Assembly: GCA_003193925.1 (NCBI GenBank)
Contig: PSPG01000010.1
Location: 1-59,705, forward strand
Reading direction: 5' to 3'
DNA from: Candidatus Thalassarchaeum betae
Lineage (GTDB): Archaea; Thermoplasmatota; Poseidoniia; Poseidoniales; Thalassarchaeaceae
DNA: 59,705 nucleotides
Positions 15,967 through 25,118 of this stretch are shown one piece after another; position 1 is the first letter of the stretch; each line of letters begins with the position of its first letter. The notes under the pieces were generated by a model, which saw nothing but the letters and a program-made list of their open reading frames with translations, searched no databases and was not told the origin of the DNA. The translations under genes and the position numbers were made by a program.

Positions 15967-17517
15967 CTACTCGACCCAGCGGTACTCGCGCTGCCCCTCG
16001 AGCTGCCCCTCGCCGCCGATGCCGACGAGGGCGAATTCCTCGCTGGGCTTGACGACCGAGCGCTTGCGCGAGCCGCGGTGCAGCGCCTCGTACACCGTCT
16101 TGTTAATCGGATGACGGGTGGAAAGGCGCTCGAAAAGGTGGAATCGCGAGACGATCTCGCGCCACTGTGACTGTACCACGCCCTCGAACACCTTGGCCTT
16201 AGCACCTGAGCCGTAGCCGCACAGTCCGACCTTCTCTCCGGCCATCTCCACGTTCTCGATGTAGTCGGACTCCATCGTTGACATCAGTGCGAGGAAGATG
16301 GAGCCGGTGTATTGGTTCCCAATGAGGCTAGATGCCCTCGTGGTTTTCTCGATGCGCTCGTCGACGAACTGCTTGAACTCGTCAGTCTTTGATATCAGCC
16401 GGCGGTAGGAGTCGTTGGCCTTCTCGAACTCCTCGATCCCATCGGGGGTGTCGGGGAAGTCATCTGGAAACGGTTCGGGGCCAATCTTCGACACGATGGC
16501 CTCCCATATCGGCAGGTGTCTGCGGTCGTGGCGGAAGACGTCGGGGAACATCCTCTTGCCCTGGAAGGCGTAGGGCAGGTGGACGATAATACGACTCCAC
16601 TGGTTGGTCAGTATCTCGTCTGTCTCGGGGTCGTACCTGCCTTCGCGAATCGCCTTGGCGCGGAAGTTGATGAAGGCCTGTTTGACCGCCTCGGAGTAGC
16701 AGCGATTCGAGTACTGGCCGTCGAACACCGGGGTGTCCTTGTGAATCTGCAGCTTGGAGTTCTCAAACATCACATCGTTCTTCTTCGAAGACCTCGGAAG
16801 ATACTTGAGGATGCGCTCGGCGAGACCTTCCTTGACCGTCTCGCCGCTCTCTCTGGCGAGGTCGAGCACGTTCTCGACGATGGTTCTGGTATCGATCTCG
16901 CGTCGGGGCTTGAAGAAGTCGTGAACTGGCATAGTGGAGACGCCCCATATGTCGGGAATCTCCAGCAGTCGCGGGTTGTGGCGAATCAGGATGGCGCCGC
17001 CGCCGGCGCCCTGTGTGTACTCACCGGAGGAGCCCATGTCATACTTCGCGTTGTCAGCGAAGACGACGATGCCGACTCGGTCCTTCTCCTCGCCGCCCCG
17101 GGCGACCCAGTCGAGCGTGTTGTGCATGGCGTCCACAGCGCCGATGCAGGCGAATAACAGGTCGACGACGTCGCAGTTGCGGAAGCACTCATCCCCGTGG
17201 ATGGGCGTGTAGCGCTGCTCGAGCATGTCCATGATGTACGTAGCCGTGGGCTTGGACCCATCAAGGGCAGACTCAGTGCCAAGGTAGATCCTCCCGATCG
17301 AGGACGGGTCCAGACCATTGCGGTCGATGAGCCTGCGAACGGCATTGGCCCCCATGGTAGCGGTGTCTTCGTGGACATCTGGAATCGCCATGGCGGCCAG
17401 CCCGAGGCCGCGATTCAGCTTGCCGAAATCGGCGCCTCGCAGCTTGGCGAAGTCCTCCATGTCGAAGTAGAGGCGAGGGAAGTGAATCGCGATGTCATCG
17501 ATTCCCACTGAAGCCAC
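15967..17517 (-). CDS. Hydroxymethylglutaryl-CoA synthase (bacterial type)
   Basis: GTES..D.SKP, FACIG (catalytic Cys), EYTQGAG, HLPY, GNQYTGS, GYGSG. Confidence 0.9.
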   Translation of the reverse strand: MASVGIDDIAIHFPRLYFDMEDFAKLRGADFGKLNRGLGLAAMAIPDVHEDTATMGANAVRRLIDRNGLDPSSIGRIYLGTESALDGSKPTATYIMDMLEQRYTPIHGDECFRNCDVVDLLFACIGAVDAMHNTLDWVARGGEEKDRVGIVVFADNAKYDMGSSGEYTQGAGGGAILIRHNPRLLEIPDIWGVSTMPVHDFFKPRREIDTRTIVENVLDLARESGETVKEGLAERILKYLPRSSKKNDVMFENSKLQIHKDTPVFDGQYSNRCYSEAVKQAFINFRAKAIREGRYDPETDEILTNQWSRIIVHLPYAFQGKRMFPDVFRHDRRHLPIWEAIVSKIGPEPFPDDFPDTPDGIEEFEKANDSYRRLISKTDEFKQFVDERIEKTTRASSLIGNQYTGSIFLALMSTMESDYIENVEMAGEKVGLCGYGSGAKAKVFEGVVQSQWREIVSRFHLFERLSTRHPINKTVYEALHRGSRKRSVVKPSEEFALVGIGGEGQLEGQREYRWVE

Positions 17518-17602
17518 GCGCTCACCCTCTGGTCCCGCCCGGTATGGTTCAGGTTATGAGGGCTCGCCCTACCCATCCAATGGAAATATCAACTCAAACG
17601 CT

Positions 17603-18721
17603 TTACTGAGAGTTGGTTAGCTGATCCATTGCAGAAAGTAATTCGGGCTTATCGGCGAAGTGCTCCGAAACCGGTGCCAGAGCCTCTGCGAGGCCGTCTG
17701 CGACGGCCATCTTCGCATCGAGAGGGTGTACCGATCCATCTGCGACCGCGTCGATGAACGATTGCAGATCACCCCAGATTGAAGGCTCACCGTACTCGGG
17801 ATTGGGATTGACCTGGATGGAGCCGCTGTTCGGCAACACGATGTGCCGTGCAATCTCGAACACCGGGGAGTCGGGATTGCCGATCTCGAGGAAGGCCTCG
17901 CCCATCTTCTCGCGCAGTGACTCGGGCGAGTCGTGCAGGAGGATGGCGTTGCCCGGGTCCGACTTCGACATCTTGTGGTCGAATGAGTCCATCCTACCAC
18001 CGGTGCCCTTGAGCCCCGAGAGCATGGGGGTGTGGATGCAGGTTGCCTTGGTCCAGCCGTACTTGTCAGCGACATCGCGCATGTACATGTGCGCCTTGCG
18101 CTGGTCCATGCCTCCGAAGGCGATGTCGACCTCGAGCTCGAAGATGTCAGCGGCCTGCAGGGCCGGGTAGTAGAACGCGGCGAGGTCGTGCTCCGAGGAG
18201 TCCTCGTGCCGACCCATGATGCTGAATGTCCTCCTCACCCTCGAGAGGCTCATGTTCTTCGAGCAGCGCAGGACCCTCTCCCAGTACTTGCCGGAGTCCA
18301 TCAACTCGGATGCACTGAGGAACCTCAACTGGCCCGAGCCCTCGCCTTCCTCCGGATTCCCGAGTAGGGCTCGGAAGACCTCTGTCATGTACTCGCCCGC
18401 GAGCGTGATCTTGTCCATGTCGCGGTCGAACTTGTCGTTGACCCATGCGTGCCAGTCTGCGAGTAGGATGATGACATTGACGCCTTCATCAAGCATGTTT
18501 CGAATGGTGTCGGCAAGGAGAATGTATGCTAGATGCGCCTTGCCGCTCGGCTCGAGACCGATGTAGGCGACAAGTTGGCTATCCCCCGAGTGGGTCGAGC
18601 CGCCGGCAATCACGGAGGCCACGTGGTCAACCCCTACGACCTCGGCGCATCCGGAGAACATCCTCGCAATGCTGGCGCGGCCCTCCTCGTCGAGCGACGA
18701 GGGGGGGTCGTCCTGACTCAT
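17603..18721 (-). CDS. tyrS: Tyrosine--tRNA ligase (archaeal type)
   Basis: YIGLEPSGKAH, ADWHA, YPALQAAD, GGMDQRK, KMSKS. Confidence 0.94.
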   Translation of the reverse strand: MSQDDPPSSLDEEGRASIARMFSGCAEVVGVDHVASVIAGGSTHSGDSQLVAYIGLEPSGKAHLAYILLADTIRNMLDEGVNVIILLADWHAWVNDKFDRDMDKITLAGEYMTEVFRALLGNPEEGEGSGQLRFLSASELMDSGKYWERVLRCSKNMSLSRVRRTFSIMGRHEDSSEHDLAAFYYPALQAADIFELEVDIAFGGMDQRKAHMYMRDVADKYGWTKATCIHTPMLSGLKGTGGRMDSFDHKMSKSDPGNAILLHDSPESLREKMGEAFLEIGNPDSPVFEIARHIVLPNSGSIQVNPNPEYGEPSIWGDLQSFIDAVADGSVHPLDAKMAVADGLAEALAPVSEHFADKPELLSAMDQLTNSQ

Positions 18722-18729
18722 GCTTCACC

Positions 18730-19245
18730 TCATTCGAGCGATTTCGTCAACTTCTTCGCGCGTCCCGCTGCTCCGGTGTTGTCACCTTGAGTTAGCGCGG
18801 CCTCGATTCCCTCAATCATAGACTCTGCCTGCGCTCGCACCTCGTCGGATAGGTTTTCGGACAACCCCATGAAATGGCGCGCACTTGAGATCGCCGACTT
18901 GGCTTTGCTCGCCTTCTTGGCCCATTCCTTGCCCTTGTCGCCCCTCTGCTTGGAGTTGTATCCGGTGGCTTCGTCGAGGAATATCGTCCACTTCCTACGG
19001 ACATCCATCGCGGCCTTCACCGCTTCCGGGTCGTCGAAATTCGGGGCCTCGTTGGTCACGTCCACCAGCAGCGCTCCCTGCTCGTTGTAGCTCGCCGCTA
19101 TCGAGGTCATGATGCCGTGCGAGCCGCTGAACGAGTTCCCGCCGGTGTCCTCGACATTCTCGAAGTACTTGCCGGCCAGACCGGCTAATCCCCCGTCTGC
19201 AGTGACCTGTTTTACCAGTCCGCGCTTGACATCGAATCTCTCCAT
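18730..19245 (-). CDS. Conserved archaeal protein (DUF5611-like)
   Basis: FDVKRG start and WTIFLDEATGYNSKQR motif. Confidence 0.65.
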   Translation of the reverse strand: MERFDVKRGLVKQVTADGGLAGLAGKYFENVEDTGGNSFSGSHGIMTSIAASYNEQGALLVDVTNEAPNFDDPEAVKAAMDVRRKWTIFLDEATGYNSKQRGDKGKEWAKKASKAKSAISSARHFMGLSENLSDEVRAQAESMIEGIEAALTQGDNTGAAGRAKKLTKSLE

Positions 19246-19345
19246 GGCCGAGCGCTGTCTGTGACCTTCTTGAATGCTGTTGCGAGCCAGTCTGCGTCGG
19301 GGTGTGTGTCGAACGGGCTAAACCGGCATCGCCTGTCGGGCGAGC

Positions 19346-20563
19346 ATGCGTCGAGGCATCACCAGAGCATTGGCTGTGGCCTGCGTCTTGCTGCTGACGG
19401 TCCCGGGAGCGAGCGCTGGTTCGGCCGTGAAAATGTATGATGTAGTCAGCCTCGCGGAGGAGGATCTGGGATTGAATGGAGCGGCACTCGACCCCTCCGG
19501 CGAATGGGCGATAGTATTCGGTGCGGATGCGTATCTGGAACTAGTCAGTACTTCGGATCCGGCAACTCGGATAGAGTTGCTCTGGAACAGCGATGTGGAT
19601 TTGAACGATGGTGACTTTCACCCGGGAGGTCAGACAGCATTCATCGTCGGTAGAGAAGGGCAGGTACTCAGGTACGCCCGGGAGGACCACTCGATTACCA
19701 ATGCTGGCGGTCAGCTTGAGTTCGGACAGACGAAGTTGACTGCTGTAGCATGGAACACCGGAGGCTCCTGGGCTTATGTCGGAGGGGAAGACGGCTGGCT
19801 CTGGAGAATGAGGGCGGCTGAAGACGGAGGCGCAGAGGTACACCAGATTCTGGGACGGGGGGCCAGTGACATCTCAGGCATCGACTGTCATCCATCGCTG
19901 ATGCTCTGCGTAGTATCGAGTGTAGTGGACGGAATCGGAGTCATCGACCGGGATCACACTCTGTATTGGATAGGCGGGACGGGTTACCCATGGTCGGACG
20001 TCCAGTGTCCGACAGGGGAGCATGATGAGTGCGTAGCAGTCTCCAGCGACCGGAACATCGCCACGATCGCCCTAGATGATGAACAACCATCGACATCGGG
20101 TGTCGAAATCATTCAACTTAGCGATGCCGAGGGTTATTTCACAGGGCTGTCGCATCAGCAGGGAGACCGCTCTCTCATCATCGTGACTCCCTTCAGCCTG
20201 ATAGAGCACGACCTCAGCCAGAGCGCGGCGTTCCCATGGCTGGAGTTTCCCGATGCCGTCGACTTCGACGTATCGATCGCAGGCGAGAGGATAGTCGCCA
20301 CTTGGAGCACGGACAGGGACAGTGGCTGGATCCTCACCGATAGGGGTACAATAGTGCAATTCCATCCACCGCTTTCGAACTCGGTCGGAGGAATTCTCGG
20401 TGCTTGGATTCTGATTGCTATTCCACTCGCCACCCTTCTAGTGATACTCAGCCTCACGTTTGGCCTGTCCCCGGGCCTCCGGCAGTGGTTCACTCTCCGA
20501 TTCGGCAGCGATGAGGAGAAGCGGGCCGCCCGCGGGGCGGCACGCAGGAAGAAGAGGGGCTGA
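19346..20563 (+). CDS. Secreted beta-propeller (WD40-like) protein with C-terminal TM anchor
   Basis: Signal peptide, blade repeats (DFHPGG.AFIVG; AWNTGGSWAYVGG), TM helix and basic tail. Confidence 0.7.
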   Translation: MRRGITRALAVACVLLLTVPGASAGSAVKMYDVVSLAEEDLGLNGAALDPSGEWAIVFGADAYLELVSTSDPATRIELLWNSDVDLNDGDFHPGGQTAFIVGREGQVLRYAREDHSITNAGGQLEFGQTKLTAVAWNTGGSWAYVGGEDGWLWRMRAAEDGGAEVHQILGRGASDISGIDCHPSLMLCVVSSVVDGIGVIDRDHTLYWIGGTGYPWSDVQCPTGEHDECVAVSSDRNIATIALDDEQPSTSGVEIIQLSDAEGYFTGLSHQQGDRSLIIVTPFSLIEHDLSQSAAFPWLEFPDAVDFDVSIAGERIVATWSTDRDSGWILTDRGTIVQFHPPLSNSVGGILGAWILIAIPLATLLVILSLTFGLSPGLRQWFTLRFGSDEEKRAARGAARRKKRG

Positions 20564-20633
20564 GGGGAATTCGGCCCCCTGGGCCGCGAAGCAACGTTCA
20601 TGTGGGCTACACTGTCGGGACCGGTTGAGAGCG

Positions 20634-21806
20634 ATGGCGTACGAGGCACTGGACTTCTACGATGTCGATTCGCTGCTGACCGACGAGGAGCGGATGATCC
20701 GCGACGCCGTCCGGGACTGGGTCGAGGAGAACGTCATACCCAACATCGAGAAGGCCTGCAGAGACGAGGTATTTCCCGACCAGTGGCGCGTCGATCTGGG
20801 CGAGATGGGTGTGCTAGGAGCCCCTCTCAAGGGCTACGGCTGCCCCGGACTGTCATACATGGCATACGGCCTGATCTGCCAGGAACTCGAGCGCGGCGAC
20901 AGCGGCGTGCGCTCGTTCGCGAGCGTACAGGGCTCGCTCGCCATGTACCCAATCTGGGACTTCGGCAGCGAGGAACAGAAGAACCACTACCTGCCTAAGA
21001 TGCACGCTGGCGAGTGGATTGGCTGCTTCGGCCTCACGGAGCCAGACTACGGCTCCAACCCAGGCGACATGATCACCCGAGCCGAGGACAAGGGCGACCA
21101 CTACCTGCTCAACGGCGCCAAGATGTGGATCACCAACGGCACCATAGCCGATCTGGCCATCGTCTGGGCCAAGCTCGACGGCGTCATCCGCGGCTTCATC
21201 GTCGAGGAAGACGATCCCGGCTTCACCGCCCCCGAGATGACCGGTAAGCACTCCCTCAAGGCCAGCGTCACCAGCGAGCTGGTGTTTCAGGACTGCAGAA
21301 TCCCCAAGGACAGGATCCTGCCCGGTGTGGAGGGGCTGAAGGGGCCGTTCAGCTGTCTCAACAACGCGCGCTACGGAATCTCATGGGGAGCCGTCGGCGC
21401 GGCCCAGTCCTGTTTCAGCTCGGCCAAGGAGTACGCCCTCAGCCGAATCCAGTTCGACCACCCCATCGCTTCGTTCCAACTGGTGCAGAACAAACTGGCG
21501 TGGATGCTGAGGGAGATTACCAAGGGTCAGCTGCTGGCATACCACCTCGGCAAGAAGAAGGACGACGGGACCTGGACGTCCGAACAGATCTCGCTGGCCA
21601 AGATGAACAACGTCGACATGGCACTAGAGATTGCTCGAATGGCGCGCGACATCCACGGCGCCAACGGTATACTCGACGAATACCCGATAATGCGCCACAT
21701 GGCGAACCTAGAGTCTGTAAAGACCTACGAGGGAACCCACGACATACACAACCTCATTCTCGGCCATCACATCACCGGAATACAGGCCTTCAGGCGAGAG
21801 CTCTGA
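20634..21806 (+). CDS. Glutaryl-CoA dehydrogenase-like acyl-CoA dehydrogenase
   Basis: ELERGDSG.RS..SVQ, GCFGLTEPD.GS.P, TYEGTHDIH. Confidence 0.9.
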   Translation: MAYEALDFYDVDSLLTDEERMIRDAVRDWVEENVIPNIEKACRDEVFPDQWRVDLGEMGVLGAPLKGYGCPGLSYMAYGLICQELERGDSGVRSFASVQGSLAMYPIWDFGSEEQKNHYLPKMHAGEWIGCFGLTEPDYGSNPGDMITRAEDKGDHYLLNGAKMWITNGTIADLAIVWAKLDGVIRGFIVEEDDPGFTAPEMTGKHSLKASVTSELVFQDCRIPKDRILPGVEGLKGPFSCLNNARYGISWGAVGAAQSCFSSAKEYALSRIQFDHPIASFQLVQNKLAWMLREITKGQLLAYHLGKKKDDGTWTSEQISLAKMNNVDMALEIARMARDIHGANGILDEYPIMRHMANLESVKTYEGTHDIHNLILGHHITGIQAFRREL

Positions 21807-21880
21807 ATGCACAGGTGGGCTATGCAGAGCCCATTGCTCCTTCCCAATATTCTTAGAGGCAACATCGGTCCCCGAAAGCC

Positions 21881-22651
21881 ATGGTTCTCAGGGGGATCGC
21901 AGTACTAATGAAGCAGGTCCCAGACACCACCGCCAAGATCACGGTCTCAGGCGGCAGGGTCGATGAGTCCGCTATCAGCAAGTGGTCGTTCAGCCCGTAC
22001 GACGAGTACGCGCTGGAATCCGCGCTCCAGATCAAGGAGGCGGGAGGTGTCGATCTGATTGCGGTGACTTGCGGGCCGGCCCGCGCTGCGAAGATGCTGA
22101 CAGATGCCGCGGCGGTCGGAGCCGACGCCCTGGTTCATGTCCTTGTGGAAGACCTCAGCGCACTCGATTCCACACAGGTGCAGGCGATTCTCGCAGCCGC
22201 CGTCAAGCACACGGGGGCGGATGTAGTGTTCTGCGGCAAGCAGGCCGCTGACACCAACGCCGGCTCGACTGGTCCGGGTGTCGCGCACCTTCTGGGCGCA
22301 TCCTGCGTCACCATGGTCTCGGAGATCGCAGTGGACGGCGACTCGTTCACCGCGATGCGCGCCACCGCGGATGGCAACGAGAGAATCGCTGTATCCAGTC
22401 CGTGCGTCTTCGCCTTCGACAAGGGCACTACGGAGCTGCGCCGACCCAACGTCCGAGGCATCATGATGGCCAAGAAGAAAGTCATCGAGACGATGAGCCC
22501 GGCCGACCTAGGCGTCGATATGGGCGGCTCATCCGTTTCCATAGACGGGCACTCGCCGCCTCCCGAGAAGCCCCCCGGGCAGAAGTTCGAGGGTGCCGAG
22601 TCGGTCGCGACCGTCGTCGGCAAACTGCGCGACGAGGCGAATGTAATCTGA
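21881..22651 (+). CDS. etfB: Electron transfer flavoprotein beta subunit
   Basis: KQVPDT, YDEYALE, CGKQAAD, IMMAKKK. Confidence 0.93.
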   Translation: MVLRGIAVLMKQVPDTTAKITVSGGRVDESAISKWSFSPYDEYALESALQIKEAGGVDLIAVTCGPARAAKMLTDAAAVGADALVHVLVEDLSALDSTQVQAILAAAVKHTGADVVFCGKQAADTNAGSTGPGVAHLLGASCVTMVSEIAVDGDSFTAMRATADGNERIAVSSPCVFAFDKGTTELRRPNVRGIMMAKKKVIETMSPADLGVDMGGSSVSIDGHSPPPEKPPGQKFEGAESVATVVGKLRDEANVI

Positions 22652-22660
22652 GGTGAGGGG

Positions 22661-23581
22661 ATGGACATCACAGTGATAGCGGAGACGACCGGCGACGGGC
22701 TCCACCCCGTCACCGCTCAACTGGTCGGCGCTGCATCATCCATCGGTGGGACCTCGACGGTACTGTGCCCCGGAGGCGTGGGCGCGGCTGAAGCGGCTTC
22801 CATCGCAGGGGTCACCAAAGTCATCTCTGTCAAGGGAGACTGCTTCAGCTCGTTCGACGGCGGCGCTTGGGCCGAAGCCCTGAATTCAGTGGCCGGTGGC
22901 GACGTCATCATGGCGGCTGCCTCGCCCTCCGGCCGTGAGATAGCGGCCACTATGGCCGCGATGCGCGAGATCCCGATCGTGCAGGACGCGACGGCGCTCG
23001 GCCCGGGAATCTCGGTCACCCGACCAATCTACTCGGGCAAGGCCATCGAGACCTCGACCATCTCTACGCCTTGCGTGATCACCCTGCGAGCTAATGCGTT
23101 CGACGCCGCAGGCGGCGGCGGCAATGCCGACGTCAGCACGGTCAACCGGAGCGCTGACGTCGCAGTCGCAGTCAGGGAGGCCATCGCCAAGGCCAGCGAG
23201 AGGCTTGACGTGGCGGAGGCCGACATCATCATCTCCGGTGGGAGAGGCATGGGTGACCCGGCCAACTTCTCACACCTCAATGAGGTCGCCGACATAATCG
23301 GGGCTGCGGTCGGAGCCAGCAGAGCCGCTGTGGACACCTGGGACGAGATACCCCACAGCATGCAAGTCGGCCAGACCGGCAAGACGGTGACTCCGAGACT
23401 GTACATCGCGGTGGGAATCAGCGGCGCCATCCAGCATCTGGCGGGAATGAGAACGAGCAAGTACATCGTCGCTATCAACAAGGACCCAGATGCACCGATC
23501 TTCGGTGTGGCTGACTACGGGATAGTGGCTACTTGGGAGGAGGCGCTTCCCGCGCTGAAGGCCGAGCTGAGAAAACTGTAA
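22661..23581 (+). CDS. etfA: Electron transfer flavoprotein alpha subunit
   Basis: SGGRG, GASRAAVD, QVGQTGK, GISGAIQH, AINKD; GAGGTGA RBS. Confidence 0.95.
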   Translation: MDITVIAETTGDGLHPVTAQLVGAASSIGGTSTVLCPGGVGAAEAASIAGVTKVISVKGDCFSSFDGGAWAEALNSVAGGDVIMAAASPSGREIAATMAAMREIPIVQDATALGPGISVTRPIYSGKAIETSTISTPCVITLRANAFDAAGGGGNADVSTVNRSADVAVAVREAIAKASERLDVAEADIIISGGRGMGDPANFSHLNEVADIIGAAVGASRAAVDTWDEIPHSMQVGQTGKTVTPRLYIAVGISGAIQHLAGMRTSKYIVAINKDPDAPIFGVADYGIVATWEEALPALKAELRKL

Positions 23582-25072
23582 TCAGCGAACTTGGACGGTG
23601 ATCGTCGCCCTCGTCGACGCTCTCCTGTCGTCGGTCACAGTCAGATGAAAGGCGTGGACCCCGCTGGCTAGCCGGACGCGTATCTGGGGCGTGTCTCCGA
23701 TGACCCGTCCCCTGCCGTCCTCCCAAGCCCAGCCCTCGATGGTGCCGTCGGGGTCGTACGAGCGGCCACCGTCCAGAAGCACGGTGGCCTTGCCCTCCTC
23801 GTCTACTCCCACCGTGCGGTCGTCGCCGGCGTCGGCCACCGGAGGGAGGTTAATCGCACGGGCCGACTCCGATAGGTCCTCGAGCAGGTCGACCTCCACG
23901 ACCTGCTCGTCCACCTGTATCTCCATCTCCTCGTGCAGGGTGTCGAGGATGCCTCCGGCCTCCTCGGGAAGATTCGGTCTCTGTTCGACCAGTTGCTCCT
24001 CCTCCTCTGAGAGGGCGCCTGAGTACTCGCCCGAACCCGGTTCAGTCGGCTCCTCCTCGGTAGGAAGGCCATCATAGCGCGGCGGCGTGTCGGGGTCGAG
24101 GATGACCATAGGAGCCGGAGTGCGTCCCTTCCTGTCGTCACCCAGCACCGCAACCCGCTCACCGAGGTCAAGGACGTGCTCGACCATGCCGATGTGCTCG
24201 AACTGCCATACGACCTCGCCCTCAGGGGTAATTCGAAAGATGTCGAACCACGATGCGACAAGCATGTCGTCTCCCCAAGCGCAGACCCCAGAGACCTGGT
24301 AGTCCAACTTCGCAATCAGCCGCTCCTGGCTGTCACCGATGCCCAGGCTGAGGAGGCTGCCGTCGAAACAGCCTACAATCACGCCAGAGTCAGTGGCCAT
24401 CAGGGCAGTCGCTCTAGCCGGCAGTTCGGAGGTGTTGAGCAGCCCGCGCTCAGGGTGCCAGCACTCCAGCCTGTTCTCGGGTCGCTCGTCGACGGTCATA
24501 CCAAGGGAGTTGCGGGCAGCCGCGAGGACGCCGTCCGAGCGGAAGACCAGGCAGGAGATCGTCTCGACGTCGTCCTCTGCGGCCGGTGATTCATGCAGCA
24601 CCTCGAGCCCGGGGCCGAGAATGAGCAGCCCCCCGTCCTCGAGCGCGGCTGCGCAGGTCCCGTCCTCGGCGCAGGCAAGGCCGGTCAGGTGCCCGAGATG
24701 CGCTTTGGCGGTCTCGCTGCCGTCGGCGGCAAGCACCGTCAGGCAGCCGGAGCCGTCGGCCACGACCACGTGGCCGGCCGAGGCCGCCATCATCTCACAG
24801 CCCGAATCGACGGGGTGCTCCCAGCGGGGTTCGGTGTGGAAAGCCGATACACCGCCTGTGCTGGAGGCACCGACGACCAAGTCGCCCAGACGATCCAGTC
24901 CCACGACCATACTACCGAGGTCGACCGAGTCGATGACGACTCCGTCGCAGCCGAACACGTGCAAGGCACCGGAGTCGCATCCTATGGCGAAATTACCGTC
25001 CGAGAGAGTGCAGGTGCAGCGGGCGACTTCGTCGATGTCGATACTCGCGAGCGCGTCTATCGTGCCCCTCAT
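23582..25072 (-). CDS. Beta-propeller protein with acidic linker and C-terminal PKD/REJ-like domain
   Basis: WD/PQQ-like blades; NLPPVADAG...LDGGRSYDPDG...LTVTDD. Confidence 0.68.
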   Translation of the reverse strand: MRGTIDALASIDIDEVARCTCTLSDGNFAIGCDSGALHVFGCDGVVIDSVDLGSMVVGLDRLGDLVVGASSTGGVSAFHTEPRWEHPVDSGCEMMAASAGHVVVADGSGCLTVLAADGSETAKAHLGHLTGLACAEDGTCAAALEDGGLLILGPGLEVLHESPAAEDDVETISCLVFRSDGVLAAARNSLGMTVDERPENRLECWHPERGLLNTSELPARATALMATDSGVIVGCFDGSLLSLGIGDSQERLIAKLDYQVSGVCAWGDDMLVASWFDIFRITPEGEVVWQFEHIGMVEHVLDLGERVAVLGDDRKGRTPAPMVILDPDTPPRYDGLPTEEEPTEPGSGEYSGALSEEEEQLVEQRPNLPEEAGGILDTLHEEMEIQVDEQVVEVDLLEDLSESARAINLPPVADAGDDRTVGVDEEGKATVLLDGGRSYDPDGTIEGWAWEDGRGRVIGDTPQIRVRLASGVHAFHLTVTDDRRASTRATITVQVR

Positions 25073-25118
25073 GGTCTATTGAGAGATCGATTGAACTTCA
25101 TTCTGCCGCGTAGGCGTG

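Noticed and set aside
17603-18721. TyrRS HIGH motif reading HLAY as a sign of inactivity
   Set aside because: All other catalytic motifs are intact and HIGH variants are common.
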